Below are positions 1 through 9,875 of a stretch of 64,000 nucleotides of DNA, in pieces. Under the pieces are notes generated by a model. That model was not told the DNA's origin, searched no databases, and saw nothing but the letters and a program-made list of their open reading frames with translations. A program made the translations under genes and the position numbers. The stretch covers positions 433,458 through 497,457 of the forward strand of contig JAJDDO010000024.1 in NCBI GenBank assembly GCA_029260265.1, written 5' to 3'. Positions within the stretch are counted from its first letter, which is position 1. Every line of letters starts with the position of its first letter. The stretch comes from Phycisphaerales bacterium. GTDB taxonomy: Bacteria > Planctomycetota > Phycisphaerae > Phycisphaerales > UBA1924.

Positions 1-174
1 GGACATGTCTTCGCCGGTGAAAAGGCGGATGTCTTCTTTGAGTTTGAAGGCTTTCTGTTTGCAGTATCCAATGATCTGGTTGTGCTCGTCGTAAACATGG
101 AACGCGGAGCCGAGGAACTTGAAGACCTTCCGGCGGATGGTGTACTGTTCGCCGGGTGCGGGTTTGATGGCCAT
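1..174 (-). CDS. Hypothetical protein, N-terminal 58 codons only (gene leaves window at position 1); possibly LURP-one-related/DUF567-type
   Basis: ATG at 172-174 (minus), open to the window edge. My translation is MAIKPAPGEQYTIRRKVFKFLGSAFHVYDEHNQIIGYCKQKAFKLKEDIRLFTGEDMS. The basic/hydrophobic strand pattern recalls DUF567 N-termini; that family call is from memory and weak. Absent from the ORF track because it is truncated. Confidence 0.5.
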   Translation of the reverse strand, partial: MAIKPAPGEQYTIRRKVFKFLGSAFHVYDEHNQIIGYCKQKAFKLKEDIRLFTGEDMS

Positions 175-209
175 TCGTGATCCCTTTCAGAGTCATGCGA
201 TGATAGCAT

Positions 210-243
210 AAAAAAAGCCGTATCGGTCGAACCGGTACGGCTT
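210..243 (-). terminator. Rho-independent terminator downstream of tsf
   Basis: The minus-strand RNA reads AAGCCGUACCGG-UUCGA-CCGAUACGGC followed by U7. This is a 10-bp stem with one mismatch, 22 nt after the tsf stop. Confidence 0.75.
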
Positions 244-264
244 GGGATGCTGGTGTGATGAGGA

Positions 265-1062
265 TCAGCTGCCTTCGCCGACCTGCATGCGGAAGAACGC
301 GGTGAGGGTGGTGTCGCCGCTGAGGAGATCCTTGATCTTCTTGGAAGGGTCCATGACGAATGGTTGCTCGAGCAGGGCGACCTCGGAGAAGAACTTCTTC
401 ATGCCGCCCTCGACCATTTTTTCGGCGATCTGCTCTGGCTTGCCTGACTCGATCGCTTGCTCGATGCGGAACTTGCGTTCTTTTTCGACCATGGCGGATG
501 GGATGTCATCGGGTGTGAGCCCGAGCGGACGGGGGTGGGCGGCGGTGACATGCATGGCGATCTGCTTCATAACTTCGTCGGAAGCTTCTGCGGATGCTTG
601 CACGAGCACGCCGGTCTTCCCGTCGTGGTGGACATACTGCCCGAAGGAGCCGTTGCCCTCGAGTTTTTCCATGCGTCCGATGGAGATGTTCTCACCGGTG
701 GAGATACGCAGATCGTCGAGGACGGCCTTCATCTCATCGGTGGGCTCGCCGGCGCCGGCGAGTGCAAGCTTGGCGATCTGGTTGGTGACATCGACGAACT
801 TCTCGTTTTTGGCGGTGAAGTCGGTCTCTGCTTTGATCTCGACGATCGCGGCGGTGTTGCCATCGATCGCGATTCCGATTCGGCCTTCGCCCGCGACGCG
901 GTCGGATTTGCCTTCCATTTTCCCCTTGAGTTTTTTGCGGAGGAGTTCCTCAGCTTTTTCAAGGTTCCCGTCTGCTTCGACGAGTGCTTTTTTGCATTCC
1001 ATCATTGCGAGCCCGGTTTGGTTCCGGAGTCCCATGACATCTTTGGCACTGATGTTCGCCAT
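265..1062 (-). CDS. tsf: Translation elongation factor Ts
   Basis: The internal ATG at 1060-1062 gives MANISAKDVMGLRNQTGLAMMECKKALVEADGNLEKAEELLRKK..., the classic EF-Ts UBA-like N-terminus. GGAGAAG lies upstream. The 5' part of the 406-aa track ORF is non-coding read-through. The gene follows rpsB as in the conserved rpsB-tsf pair. Confidence 0.95.
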   Translation of the reverse strand: MANISAKDVMGLRNQTGLAMMECKKALVEADGNLEKAEELLRKKLKGKMEGKSDRVAGEGRIGIAIDGNTAAIVEIKAETDFTAKNEKFVDVTNQIAKLALAGAGEPTDEMKAVLDDLRISTGENISIGRMEKLEGNGSFGQYVHHDGKTGVLVQASAEASDEVMKQIAMHVTAAHPRPLGLTPDDIPSAMVEKERKFRIEQAIESGKPEQIAEKMVEGGMKKFFSEVALLEQPFVMDPSKKIKDLLSGDTTLTAFFRMQVGEGS

Positions 1063-1144
1063 TGTACTTCTCCGCCTGGTGTGGCTGTTGTTGGTTCTGC
1101 CCGCCTCGATGTGGGGCGTGCATGGTGTTTGGGTTGACTGTGTA

Positions 1145-1978
1145 TTAGGACTTTGCCGGCGTTGGTGTTGCGTCTGCTGCGGGGGTCGCCGGGGCTTCTT
1201 CGGGTGCTGGTTCGTCCGCACGGAACTGGGCGTGGCGTGAACGCTTTGGTGCACCGGAGTTTGCTGCTCCGTCCTTGGCATCCTTGGCGATCGGGCGTGC
1301 CTGCTTGCCATCGGAGACTGCCTTGCAGAGCTCGCGGATGATGACATCGATCGAACGCATGGAGTCGTCGTTGCCCGGGATGGCGATATCGACGAGGTCA
1401 GGGTCGCCGTCGGTATCGATGAGCCCGATGGTGGGGATCCCGAGCTTGCGTGCTTCGCGGAGTGCGGTGGTCTCGCGGTTGACATCGATGACGACGATGA
1501 CGCCCGGGAGCTTGTTCATTCTGCGGATACCTTCGAGGTTGCGTTTGATTTTGCGCATCTCGCGGCGGAGCTGGGATTCCATTTTCTTGGAGTAGCTCTC
1601 GAAGTTGTCCTCCTCAGCGATTGCCTCGAGTTCTTCGAGCCTCTTGAGGCGAGCGCGGATGGTGCGGAAGTTGGTCAGCGTGCCTCCGAGCCAGCGTTCG
1701 ATGACATAGTGCATGTCTGCATCGGCGACGCGTTGCTCGATGACACCCTTCGCCTGGCGTTTGGTGCCGACGAAGCAGACATCTTTGCCGCCGGAGACGG
1801 TGTTGGTGATGTATTTGCGAGCAAGCAGGAGACCCTTGACGGTTTCCTTGATGTCGATGATGTGGATCCCGTTGCGCTTGCCGTAGATGTAACGGGTCAT
1901 CTTCGGGTTCCATCCGCTCGAGCGTTGCCCGAAGTGGATGCCTGATTCGATGAGGTCTTGGACGAGTGTATTGGCCAT
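1145..1978 (-). CDS. rpsB: 30S ribosomal protein S2
   Basis: ATG at 1976-1978 gives MANTLVQDLIESGIHFGQRSSGWNPKMTRYIYGKRNGIHIIDIKET...VCFVGTKRQA...ERWLGGTLTNF, the S2 signature regions. It has an Ala/Pro-rich acidic C-terminal extension. Confidence 0.95.
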   Translation of the reverse strand: MANTLVQDLIESGIHFGQRSSGWNPKMTRYIYGKRNGIHIIDIKETVKGLLLARKYITNTVSGGKDVCFVGTKRQAKGVIEQRVADADMHYVIERWLGGTLTNFRTIRARLKRLEELEAIAEEDNFESYSKKMESQLRREMRKIKRNLEGIRRMNKLPGVIVVIDVNRETTALREARKLGIPTIGLIDTDGDPDLVDIAIPGNDDSMRSIDVIIRELCKAVSDGKQARPIAKDAKDGAANSGAPKRSRHAQFRADEPAPEEAPATPAADATPTPAKS

Positions 1979-2377
1979 GATAACGATCCGTTTCCTTGTC
2001 AGCGTGACCGGCGGGAATGATCGGATTCCCGCGCGTGGGCGCTTTGGTGACGAACAACGGTGCGGGCATCCGCACCTGATGGTGAACATAGTAAAGGTCA
2101 GAGCAGCGTGTCGAGACCCGCTGCGATACCCGAAATCCGATCGGTCCCGAGCAAGGAAGTCTAGGGCGGGATTCCTCCGAAAAACAAGATCCGAATGCCA
2201 GCGAATCCTCAGAAAGAGCGATTATCAGACCCTGTCAGGGCAGCCCAGACGGAATATCCGGAACAGCGGGGCATGAGGATGATCGGTCTCTGGGTGGTCG
2301 GGGCTCAGTAGAGGGCTGCGCTGTCCGATGAGCGATCTGGGCCCCCTGTCTATGGGGGACAGATAGGAGACTTCGCG

Positions 2378-2797
2378 ATGAGTGCAAGTGGACTAATGAT
2401 GCGTCGGAGTGAGCGGCACGATGTCGCCCTGCCGGCGAAGGTACGGGTTGCTCCTGAGCACCGTGAGTCGGTGGTGTACTCCAAGGGGGTCACTGATGAC
2501 GGCGGGTGGCTAGAGGTCGAGTTGATCGATTTCTCCACCGGCGGGTTCGGATTCGCGTCTTCATACTTCTTCCCGCGTGGGGTGGTTCTCGAGATCAAGA
2601 TCGGGTCTCCGATCGAGACCGACGACCGGATTCTGCTCGAGTGTGTGATCCGAGTGATGCGTGTACAGATGACCGATCGGCGTCCGGCGTACCTGTGCGG
2701 GGCGTCCTTTGCCTCGATGAATGATGAGATTCAGAGCCAGGTCGAAGCGTTGCTCGATGAGTTGAACGGCGGAGAGCTCGGAGGTGACGCATGTTGA
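2378..2797 (+). CDS. PilZ-domain protein (c-di-GMP receptor type)
   Basis: 139 aa. Both PilZ binding motifs are intact: RRSER (RxxxR) near the N-terminus and DFSTGG (D/NxSxxG). AGGAGA RBS upstream. The stop overlaps the ATG of the downstream ATPase gene. Confidence 0.8.
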   Translation: MSASGLMMRRSERHDVALPAKVRVAPEHRESVVYSKGVTDDGGWLEVELIDFSTGGFGFASSYFFPRGVVLEIKIGSPIETDDRILLECVIRVMRVQMTDRRPAYLCGASFASMNDEIQSQVEALLDELNGGELGGDAC

Positions 2798-4494
2798 ACG
2801 CAACCGAGTTTGTTATTCAGACGCTGATCGAAGACGGGAAGTTAACATCTGCGGATGCGGAGAAGATCCGCCAGTACATTGTTGAAAATGAGAGCACCTT
2901 TGACGAGGCAATCATCCGGATGAACCTCGCGACGCCGCGGGATGTGGCGATCGCAAAGTCAATGGTTTGCGAGTATCCGTACATTGACCTAAGCCACTTT
3001 GACGTTGATATCCGCAACTCACGGCGGATGTCCAAGGTGATCGCGGAACGGCTGCGTGTGTTCCCGCTGATGGTCATCGGTGATGTGGCGACGGTCGCGA
3101 TGGAGGATCCGCTGGATCTGCAGGCGATCGACGAGATCCGCCAGGTGCTGCGCAAGCAGATCGATCCGGTTGTGTGTGATTCGCTCAAGCTGCGATCATT
3201 GATCGTTCGTGCGTACACGCTCGATTCGGGCGGCGGAGAGTCTGACGGAGCGACCGATGACATCGAAGTGAGCAACGATCAAGAGCCGATTGTTGCGGCG
3301 GTGAATCAAATTCTCTATTCAGCGGCGGAGTTCAAGGCAAGCGATATTCACCTGAATCCGGACGAGAAACAGCTCCACTTGCGTTACCGGATTGATGGGG
3401 TGCTCCAGAGCGAGCGGGGCCCGGACAAGGTGATGCATGATGGGATGATTCAGCGGCTAAAGGTGCTCGCGAATCTTGATGTGACGCAGACGAGGCGGCC
3501 GCAGGATGGCAAGTTCCGTTTCAAGCACAACGGGATGCCGATCGATGTGCGTCTGAGCTTGCTTCCAACGATTCACGGCGAGAACGCGGTGATGCGGCTG
3601 TTGAGCTCTGCGAGCACGATCGGGACTATCTCGGATCTCGGGATGCCGATGGATGTCACCAAGTCGTATGAGGAGATGATCAGCAAACCCCACGGGATCA
3701 TCCTGGTCACCGGACCGACCGGTTCGGGGAAGACGACGACGCTTTATACGGCCTTGAACCATATCAATCAGCCCGAACGCAACATCATGACCATCGAAGA
3801 CCCGGTCGAAATCCGGCTGCCTCTGATCCGTCAGGTGCAGGCCAACCCGGCGATTGGGCTGACCTTTGCCAGCGCGTTGCGATCGATGCTGCGTCAGGAC
3901 CCTGATGTGATTCTCGTTGGTGAAATTCGCGACGAGGAGACGGCGAAGATCGCGGTGCAGGCCGCGTTGACGGGGCACCTTGTGTTCTCGACGCTGCACA
4001 CAAACGATGCGGTCGGGGCGGTGCCACGCTTGCTTGAGTTCGGTGTGCCTGCGTTTGCGATCAACAACGCGTTGCTCGGTGTGATCGCCCAGCGGCTGGT
4101 CCGCAAGGTGTGTGAACACTGCGCTAAACCAGATTCGCCCGAGCCCGAACTGATCCACTCACTGGGTATCAACCCAGAGAAGAGCGGTTCATTCGTTCAG
4201 GCGGCCGGGTGTCCAAAGTGCATGAGCATGGGCTACAAGGGGCGTGTTGGTGTGTATGAGTTGTTCAAGATGACCGCCCAGGTCAAGCAGCTGATCGAAG
4301 CGTCCGCAACCTCGACCGAGATCGCCAAAGCGGCCCGCGAGGGCGGGATGCGGGCGATGATCCAGGACGGGATCGAAAAGGCGATGATGTCATTGACGAC
4401 CCTCGAAGAAATCAAGAAGCTGCACGCAACGGTTGATGCTGTTCTTGCTGACGAGCCCGATGATGCGGGCAGTGATCTGAAGATGAGTGCATAA
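2791..4494 (+). CDS. GspE/PilB-family type II secretion / type IV pilus assembly ATPase
   Basis: 567 aa. T2SSE_N-like N-domain, Walker A GPTGSGKTT, Asp/His boxes (ILVGEIRDEETA, LTGHLVFSTLHTN), and the tetracysteine motif CEHC...CPKC. Confidence 0.93.
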   Translation: MLNATEFVIQTLIEDGKLTSADAEKIRQYIVENESTFDEAIIRMNLATPRDVAIAKSMVCEYPYIDLSHFDVDIRNSRRMSKVIAERLRVFPLMVIGDVATVAMEDPLDLQAIDEIRQVLRKQIDPVVCDSLKLRSLIVRAYTLDSGGGESDGATDDIEVSNDQEPIVAAVNQILYSAAEFKASDIHLNPDEKQLHLRYRIDGVLQSERGPDKVMHDGMIQRLKVLANLDVTQTRRPQDGKFRFKHNGMPIDVRLSLLPTIHGENAVMRLLSSASTIGTISDLGMPMDVTKSYEEMISKPHGIILVTGPTGSGKTTTLYTALNHINQPERNIMTIEDPVEIRLPLIRQVQANPAIGLTFASALRSMLRQDPDVILVGEIRDEETAKIAVQAALTGHLVFSTLHTNDAVGAVPRLLEFGVPAFAINNALLGVIAQRLVRKVCEHCAKPDSPEPELIHSLGINPEKSGSFVQAAGCPKCMSMGYKGRVGVYELFKMTAQVKQLIEASATSTEIAKAAREGGMRAMIQDGIEKAMMSLTTLEEIKKLHATVDAVLADEPDDAGSDLKMSA

Positions 4495-4504
4495 GGAGAG
4501 AGCG

Positions 4505-5710
4505 ATGGGAAACACCTCTTACAAATACCTTGCGCTTGATGATGCAGGAGAGCGGGTCCGCGGGCGGATCCCGGCGGAGAGCGAAGAGGAAGCGATCGAT
4601 CAGATCAGCGCAATGGGATACACCGCGCTGAAGGTCGGGGCGAGCAGTTCATTCGGAGATGGGTTGTTTACCAAGCGGATCACCTCGCACGATATCGCCT
4701 CGCTTACGCGTGAGATGAGCGTGCTTGTCGAGGCGAATATCCCGATTGCTCGCGGGCTGCATTCGATCGCCGAGCATGAAAAGAATCAAGAGCTCCGTGA
4801 TATGGTGCTTGATATCTCGATGATGATCGAGTCGGGTTCAAAGATCACGGACTCGTTCGGGAAGTACAAGCATGTGTTCGGCGATGTGTATGTGCAGACG
4901 CTGAAGGCCGCGGAGAAGTCGGGCAAGCTCGGGACGGTGATGACGCATCTCTCGGATATGCTCGATCGGAATATTGAAACCTCGCAGCAGGTCAAGCGTG
5001 CCCTGGCGTACCCGATTATCGTGCTCTGCTTTGTGGCGCTTGCCCTCGGCGTGATCACGATCTTTGTGGTGCCGAAGTTTGCGACGATTTTCGAGACCAA
5101 CGGCGTCGAGCTGCCCATCACGACGCGGGTTATCCGTGCGATGGGCGTATCGATGACGATGTACTGGTGGCTGTATATTGGCATGGTGATTGGTTCGGTG
5201 TTTGCGTTGATTTCCGCGTGGAAGAACGATCGCGGACGGTACGCGATCGAGGTCTTCTTGCACAAGCTCCCGTACATCGGGCGGATGTTCACCGCGGTGA
5301 CCACCGCGCGGTTTAGCCGGGTGATGTCGATCAGCCTTGACTCAGGGATTGATGTGATCGAATCGATGCAGGTTGCCGGTCAGGCAACCGGGCGTCCGGT
5401 GTTTATCGATGAGTGTGACGGGATGTGCGCACAGATGCGTTCGGGCGATTCGCTCGAAGAAGTCATCAATGAGTGTCACGGGCTTCCCAGCTTTGCACGC
5501 CGATTGCTCGGTGCGGGGAAGGATTCCGAGGAGCTCTCTCGATCGGGAACCATTATCGCGAGGCATTATGACCGGCTATCCGATCATCTCGCCAAAAACA
5601 TCAACACCATCGTTGAGCCGTTGATGACCATCGCGATGGCGGGGATTGTGTTGCTCGTCGCGCTGTCGGTTTTCTTGCCAATGTGGCAGATGGTGAGGAT
5701 CAACAAGTGA
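4505..5710 (+). CDS. GspF/PilC-family inner-membrane platform protein
   Basis: ATG at 4505 follows AAGGAGAG; the track ORF starts 18 nt earlier, inside the gspE stop region. Duplicated GspF-type domains with three hydrophobic segments (PIIVLCFVALALGVITIFVV, YWWLYIGMVIGSVFALI, IAMAGIVLLVALSVFL). Confidence 0.9.
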   Translation: MGNTSYKYLALDDAGERVRGRIPAESEEEAIDQISAMGYTALKVGASSSFGDGLFTKRITSHDIASLTREMSVLVEANIPIARGLHSIAEHEKNQELRDMVLDISMMIESGSKITDSFGKYKHVFGDVYVQTLKAAEKSGKLGTVMTHLSDMLDRNIETSQQVKRALAYPIIVLCFVALALGVITIFVVPKFATIFETNGVELPITTRVIRAMGVSMTMYWWLYIGMVIGSVFALISAWKNDRGRYAIEVFLHKLPYIGRMFTAVTTARFSRVMSISLDSGIDVIESMQVAGQATGRPVFIDECDGMCAQMRSGDSLEEVINECHGLPSFARRLLGAGKDSEELSRSGTIIARHYDRLSDHLAKNINTIVEPLMTIAMAGIVLLVALSVFLPMWQMVRINK

Positions 5711-5724
5711 GTGGGAGACAAAGA

Positions 5725-6183
5725 ATGAACAAGGCGTTTAGTTTGATCGAGGTGCTCGTCGTCGTGGTGATCCTGGGGATTCTCGCGGCGGTGGCGCTGC
5801 CTCAGTTCGCGGGCGCATCGGATGATGCACGAACGGCGGCGGTGCAGAGCACGGTCGCTGGCGTGCGGTCTTCGATCGCATCGTATCGCACAAGCGCGGT
5901 GATCAATGGCACCGCGCCGTTCCCGGCGCTCTCGGAGTTGACGGATGGGAGTGTCTTGAAGTTTGATCTCCCGATCAATCCGTTCACCGAGGTTGGCGGC
6001 GTTCAGGCGGTGACCGAGGGGCAAGCCGACGCTCGATCAGTGGTTTCCGAGGGCAGCGCGGGATGGAACTACTTTGTGGACAACAACGCGACACCGCCGG
6101 TGGTTGTTTTTTACTCCAACACGAGTGTGACTACGACCGCACCGGATGGTTCGGGCGGGTTCTTGAGTGCAAACGAACTCTGA
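5725..6183 (+). CDS. Major pseudopilin/pilin-like protein (GspG-like, prepilin-type N-terminal methylation domain)
   Basis: ATG at 5725 after GGGAGA. The N-terminus MNKA/FSLIEVLVVVVILGILAAVALPQF matches the class III signal peptide plus hydrophobic helix, with Ala instead of Gly at position -1. Confidence 0.85.
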   Translation: MNKAFSLIEVLVVVVILGILAAVALPQFAGASDDARTAAVQSTVAGVRSSIASYRTSAVINGTAPFPALSELTDGSVLKFDLPINPFTEVGGVQAVTEGQADARSVVSEGSAGWNYFVDNNATPPVVVFYSNTSVTTTAPDGSGGFLSANEL

Positions 6184-6186
6184 GCA

Positions 6187-6723
6187 ATGACGAATAGACT
6201 GATGACATCTCGTGCCCGGCGCGGCTTCACACTTCTCGAGGTGCTTGTTGTCGTTACGATTATGTCGATCCTTGCTGTTTCGGCGGTGCCGACACTTGGG
6301 GTGATCAACGACACACAGAAGGGGTCGGCCCGCGATGAGGTTATTCGAATGCTCGAATATGCTCGGGCTCGGGCGGTCGCTTCTGGTCGTCCATGCGGTG
6401 TGCAGGCGTCAACCCTTGGGTCCATGATGACCATGGTGCAGGTGGCTGCGGATGGTTCAATCGAGCCGATGCTGGATCCGTTTGGTGTTGATGAGGAACC
6501 CATTTCGATTGAGAACAAGTTCGCGGGTGTGAGCATCGCTTCCGTCGATGCGCAGACTGATGCGCTCGAGACGATCTGGTTTACCTACAACGCCCAGCCG
6601 CATTCGCGACTGGCAGACGGGAGCTTTGGGCAGATCAACACCGCGAACGCGAGCATCACGCTTTCGAGCGGCGATCAGATCTTGGTCTATCCCTACACCG
6701 GCTTTGTAGAGGTGGCGCCATGA
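6187..6723 (+). CDS. Minor pseudopilin (GspH-like)
   Basis: N-terminus MTNRLMTSRARRG/FTLLEVLVVVTIMSILAVSAVP matches the prepilin cleavage/methylation motif. Confidence 0.8.
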   Translation: MTNRLMTSRARRGFTLLEVLVVVTIMSILAVSAVPTLGVINDTQKGSARDEVIRMLEYARARAVASGRPCGVQASTLGSMMTMVQVAADGSIEPMLDPFGVDEEPISIENKFAGVSIASVDAQTDALETIWFTYNAQPHSRLADGSFGQINTANASITLSSGDQILVYPYTGFVEVAP

Positions 6724-7205
6724 GCAGGTACATGGTGAACGGGCGTCGTGGTTTCTCGCTGATCGAGGTGGTCATCGCGGTGATTGTGCTCGCGATCGCG
6801 GTGCCTCCGGTGCTTGGGCTGCTCGACAACAGTGCAGCAAATCGCGCCGACGCGGTGAACACGACCCGAGCGACCATACTCGCATCCGCGGTTCTTGAAG
6901 GCATCTTCGCCGATGTCGCATCAACTGATGAGAACCTCGGCATGGCGGCGTTGAACGATGCCAATGTGTATCTCAACACGCCTACAACGGGTTTTATCTC
7001 ACGGATGTCGATCGCGACGAGCATCTATGGCAAGTATGGATTCTCGTACACCGTTGAAATCAGCGGGCTGGTCTCTGCGGACGGCACGGTGTCGGCACAG
7101 GCCGACGAGAATGTTTTCCGGGTGGTGACTGTCCGGGTGGTGTATCCATCTGCGGTGGGCGCGGATATGAGCCTTCCCGTTTCGTTGATGGTGACCGAGC
7201 TATGA
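6720..7205 (+). CDS. Minor pseudopilin (GspI-like)
   Basis: N-terminus ...NGRRG/FSLIEVVIAVIVLAIAVPPVLG. 4-nt start/stop overlaps with both neighbouring genes. Confidence 0.75.
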   Translation: MSRYMVNGRRGFSLIEVVIAVIVLAIAVPPVLGLLDNSAANRADAVNTTRATILASAVLEGIFADVASTDENLGMAALNDANVYLNTPTTGFISRMSIATSIYGKYGFSYTVEISGLVSADGTVSAQADENVFRVVTVRVVYPSAVGADMSLPVSLMVTEL

Positions 7206-7711
7206 GCACGAGAAAGAACACATCTTGTCGAGGGGTGACGCTGCTTGAGCTGATGGCCTCGATCGTGGTGCTCTCGATCATTGCTTCTGTGATCACACCC
7301 GTTATCATGTCGGCGACCGATGCCTACGCAAGCGCACGGCGGGTGCGATCATCCACCGAATCCTTGGCCTACGCATCGGACCAACTCCAACGCGTGATCC
7401 GACAAGCGCCGAGCGGGGCGGACGGCACACTGCTCGGTGTCACCACGGCAACAAGCACCCGGGTTGTGTTCCTTGATGGGACCGGTTTCGAGCTTGTCGG
7501 CACCGATCTGAATCTATTGATTCCTGGTGAAGCAGCGGTGCCGGTCTGCCGCGACATTGGGCTGTTCAAGATTGACTACATTGGGATGGACGGATCAACG
7601 AGTGTGATTGCGGATCCAACGGCCACACACCGTGTTTCGTTCACCATAACCAAGGACGGCTCGACCATCTCCGCGATGGCGTTTCCGCGCGTCTGGATTG
7701 GGCAGGGGTGA
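7202..7711 (+). CDS. Minor pseudopilin (GspJ-like)
   Basis: N-terminus ...SCRG/VTLLELMASIVVLSIIASVITPV. Overlapping start/stop with neighbours. Confidence 0.75.
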   Translation: MSTRKNTSCRGVTLLELMASIVVLSIIASVITPVIMSATDAYASARRVRSSTESLAYASDQLQRVIRQAPSGADGTLLGVTTATSTRVVFLDGTGFELVGTDLNLLIPGEAAVPVCRDIGLFKIDYIGMDGSTSVIADPTATHRVSFTITKDGSTISAMAFPRVWIGQG

Positions 7712-8094
7712 TGCAGATGAAAAGACAGAAGTGTAAAAAGCGCAATGCGCCCGGTGGCGTTGAGCAACGCAGAGCAAGCGCCCTGATCGTGATCGTGGTT
7801 GTCTTGGCGATCTTGGGGATTGCGATCGCTGGTGTGATCAGCCCATTGGTGTACGAAGCGGCCACGGTATCGCTTCGGGTCGAAACCACCCGAGCATTTT
7901 ATGGCGCTGAGAGCGGCGCCGCGGTGATCGTTCAGTCTTCGCTAGGGGCGATAACCCCGCCAGCGGATGGCGATACGGTGGTGCTCGAGGGTGCCGTCGT
8001 GCGCTACATCCAGATGCCAAGCGGTGGTTCGAGCGCGATCGTGGAGGGTTCGAGTGGATCGGCGATACGACGGATCGAGCTGCAGTTTGAATAA
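7708..8094 (+). CDS. Small membrane-anchored protein, GspK/PilX-like N-terminus
   Basis: 128 aa. Basic N-terminus followed by RRASALIVIVVVLAILGIAIAGVI. It sits where gspK/pilX lies in pseudopilin operons. No further motif recognised. Confidence 0.55.
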   Translation: MMQMKRQKCKKRNAPGGVEQRRASALIVIVVVLAILGIAIAGVISPLVYEAATVSLRVETTRAFYGAESGAAVIVQSSLGAITPPADGDTVVLEGAVVRYIQMPSGGSSAIVEGSSGSAIRRIELQFE

Positions 8095-8140
8095 CACCCG
8101 CAATGGGTGAAACGAGAGAAGTGGGGCCTGTTTTCGGCCG

Positions 8141-9874
8141 ATGAGTACGCAGACGCGGGGTTTCCGCGATGGCACCTATGAGAGGCTTTCAATGTTCTCA
8201 AGCACACAAGTAATCCTGAGTCTGACCTCCCGCGAACTCCGCGGGGCATTGGTAAAGAACGGGACGGTGATTCAGGCTGAGTCATTCCCGATCGACCAGT
8301 CCATCGCATGGGCGGATGCGTGGGATGATGGGCTTCGCCCGTTTGACCAGGTGTTGCGTCAGTTGATCTCGCGGATCAGCCCAAAGCGCGGCAACGCGGC
8401 CACGCTGATCTACCAGAGCCCGAGCGCGGTTGTGCAGTTCGATGGCTTTGAGGGTGACAAGAATCAAGCCGTCGCGCTCGCGGAATCAAAGATTCGTGAA
8501 TCCGTCGGAGCCGGCGGGTGCGTTGGCTCCAAAGTGATCCAGCTCGGTTCGAACCGCGCAGGTACCACTCATGCGTGTATGTCTGTTGCCGATCAAGATG
8601 TCACGATGCGGAAGCTCTATGCCTGGATGACACGGTGCGGGCTCAAGACCGATCGGATGATCCCGGTCGGCAGCGTGATGATGGCGCAGGCGATCGAGGA
8701 GTCCTTGAAGCAGAGCGAAGATACCGCGGTGTGCTACATGGGCGAGGAATCAAGCGTGATCTCGTATGTGATCGATGGGCATGTCAAGCTCGTCCGCTCG
8801 GTCGAGATCGGGTACCGGCACATCAGCGATGGGTACGCCAGTGTGTTCGAAAAAGGAACAGAGGACGGCGAACAATCGAGTGAGGTCGCTGCCCTGCTCG
8901 TTGGGCGTGAGAACCACAAAGATATGCTCTGGGAGTTCGGGGTGCCGCTGACAGCAGGGGGCGAGCACGAGCAGGCACTCCGCAAAGAGGTCATGCCCCG
9001 CATCGCACCGATTCTTCAGAGGTACTCGATCGAGATCAAGCAGACCTTCCGGTTTGGCGTGTCCGAGGGTGAGATGCCATCTCATCTGGTGATCTGCGGG
9101 CCCGGCGCAACGGTGCCGCACATTGGTGCGGCGTTGGCGCAGAACTGCGATCTGCACATCGACATCGCCAAGGGCATTGAGGTGTACGAGCCGACCATCC
9201 CCTTTGGTAACGGAACATTGATGGGCCGGTTTGTGAGTTCAGAATCCAAGGTGCCCAGCATTCTTCCTCGCGTCGCGCGGGAGAGTAAACAGGTCAGGGC
9301 ATGCAACCGGGCGATCGTTGCCGGGCTCGCGTTCGCATTCGTGCTCATGGGTGTCGAGATCGGATCGGTCCGGGTCGAATCAGAGCACCTGCGTGACCAG
9401 ATCGCGATCAATGACCCGAGCGTGCAAGCGATCAAGGAAGAAAAACAGGTGCGAGCGGAAACGATCGCGCACGCTGCGGCGGTCGATCAGATCGCCACCG
9501 TATTCACCGAGAACTTTGGGCCACGCCCACGATGGGCGAGTGTGTTCGAAGGAATCAGTTCCGGGATGGACAAAACAATCCGGGTAGAGCAGATCAAGGG
9601 CGAGAACTCCGAGGGGAACCCCGCGATCGGCCTGAGCGGATTGGCCGTAGGCGTTGACGGCGCTGACCCATCGGCGATGCTCGACGAGTTCGCCAAAAAG
9701 CTCGGCCTGCACGACGGTGTTCAGGGCGTCAAACTCGGTGCAACTTCTCGGCGCACCACATCAGACGGCTTGCCCGCGGTTCACTTTGAGCTTGAGGTAA
9801 GCGTGAAAACGACAAACGCGGCGCTGCATCAGTATACAGAGATGGCGAGCGTCAACGCCGGCGGAGGGAACTAA
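8141..9874 (+). CDS. PilM-PilN fusion / GspL-like assembly protein
   Basis: 577 aa. The N-terminal ~390 aa has a PilM/actin-like ATPase-fold pattern, followed by one TM segment (AIVAGLAFAFVLMGVEIG) and a PilN-like periplasmic coiled-coil/ferredoxin-like part. The start could instead be the internal M at 8192. Confidence 0.65.
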   Translation: MSTQTRGFRDGTYERLSMFSSTQVILSLTSRELRGALVKNGTVIQAESFPIDQSIAWADAWDDGLRPFDQVLRQLISRISPKRGNAATLIYQSPSAVVQFDGFEGDKNQAVALAESKIRESVGAGGCVGSKVIQLGSNRAGTTHACMSVADQDVTMRKLYAWMTRCGLKTDRMIPVGSVMMAQAIEESLKQSEDTAVCYMGEESSVISYVIDGHVKLVRSVEIGYRHISDGYASVFEKGTEDGEQSSEVAALLVGRENHKDMLWEFGVPLTAGGEHEQALRKEVMPRIAPILQRYSIEIKQTFRFGVSEGEMPSHLVICGPGATVPHIGAALAQNCDLHIDIAKGIEVYEPTIPFGNGTLMGRFVSSESKVPSILPRVARESKQVRACNRAIVAGLAFAFVLMGVEIGSVRVESEHLRDQIAINDPSVQAIKEEKQVRAETIAHAAAVDQIATVFTENFGPRPRWASVFEGISSGMDKTIRVEQIKGENSEGNPAIGLSGLAVGVDGADPSAMLDEFAKKLGLHDGVQGVKLGATSRRTTSDGLPAVHFELEVSVKTTNAALHQYTEMASVNAGGGN

Positions 9875-9875
9875 G

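Noticed and set aside
242-1240. 332-aa plus-strand ORF and several shorter ORFs overlapping tsf
   Set aside because: It is antisense to a clearly identified EF-Ts gene. The composition is Ser/Arg/Cys-rich, typical of the wrong frame in high-GC DNA.
2346-2362. CTGT-N9-ACAG just upstream of the PilZ gene, resembling an E. coli-type LexA box
   Set aside because: The spacing is 9 nt, not 8. The internal bases do not match the consensus, it overlaps the RBS region of a pilus operon, and this phylum is not expected to use the gammaproteobacterial box. It is probably chance.
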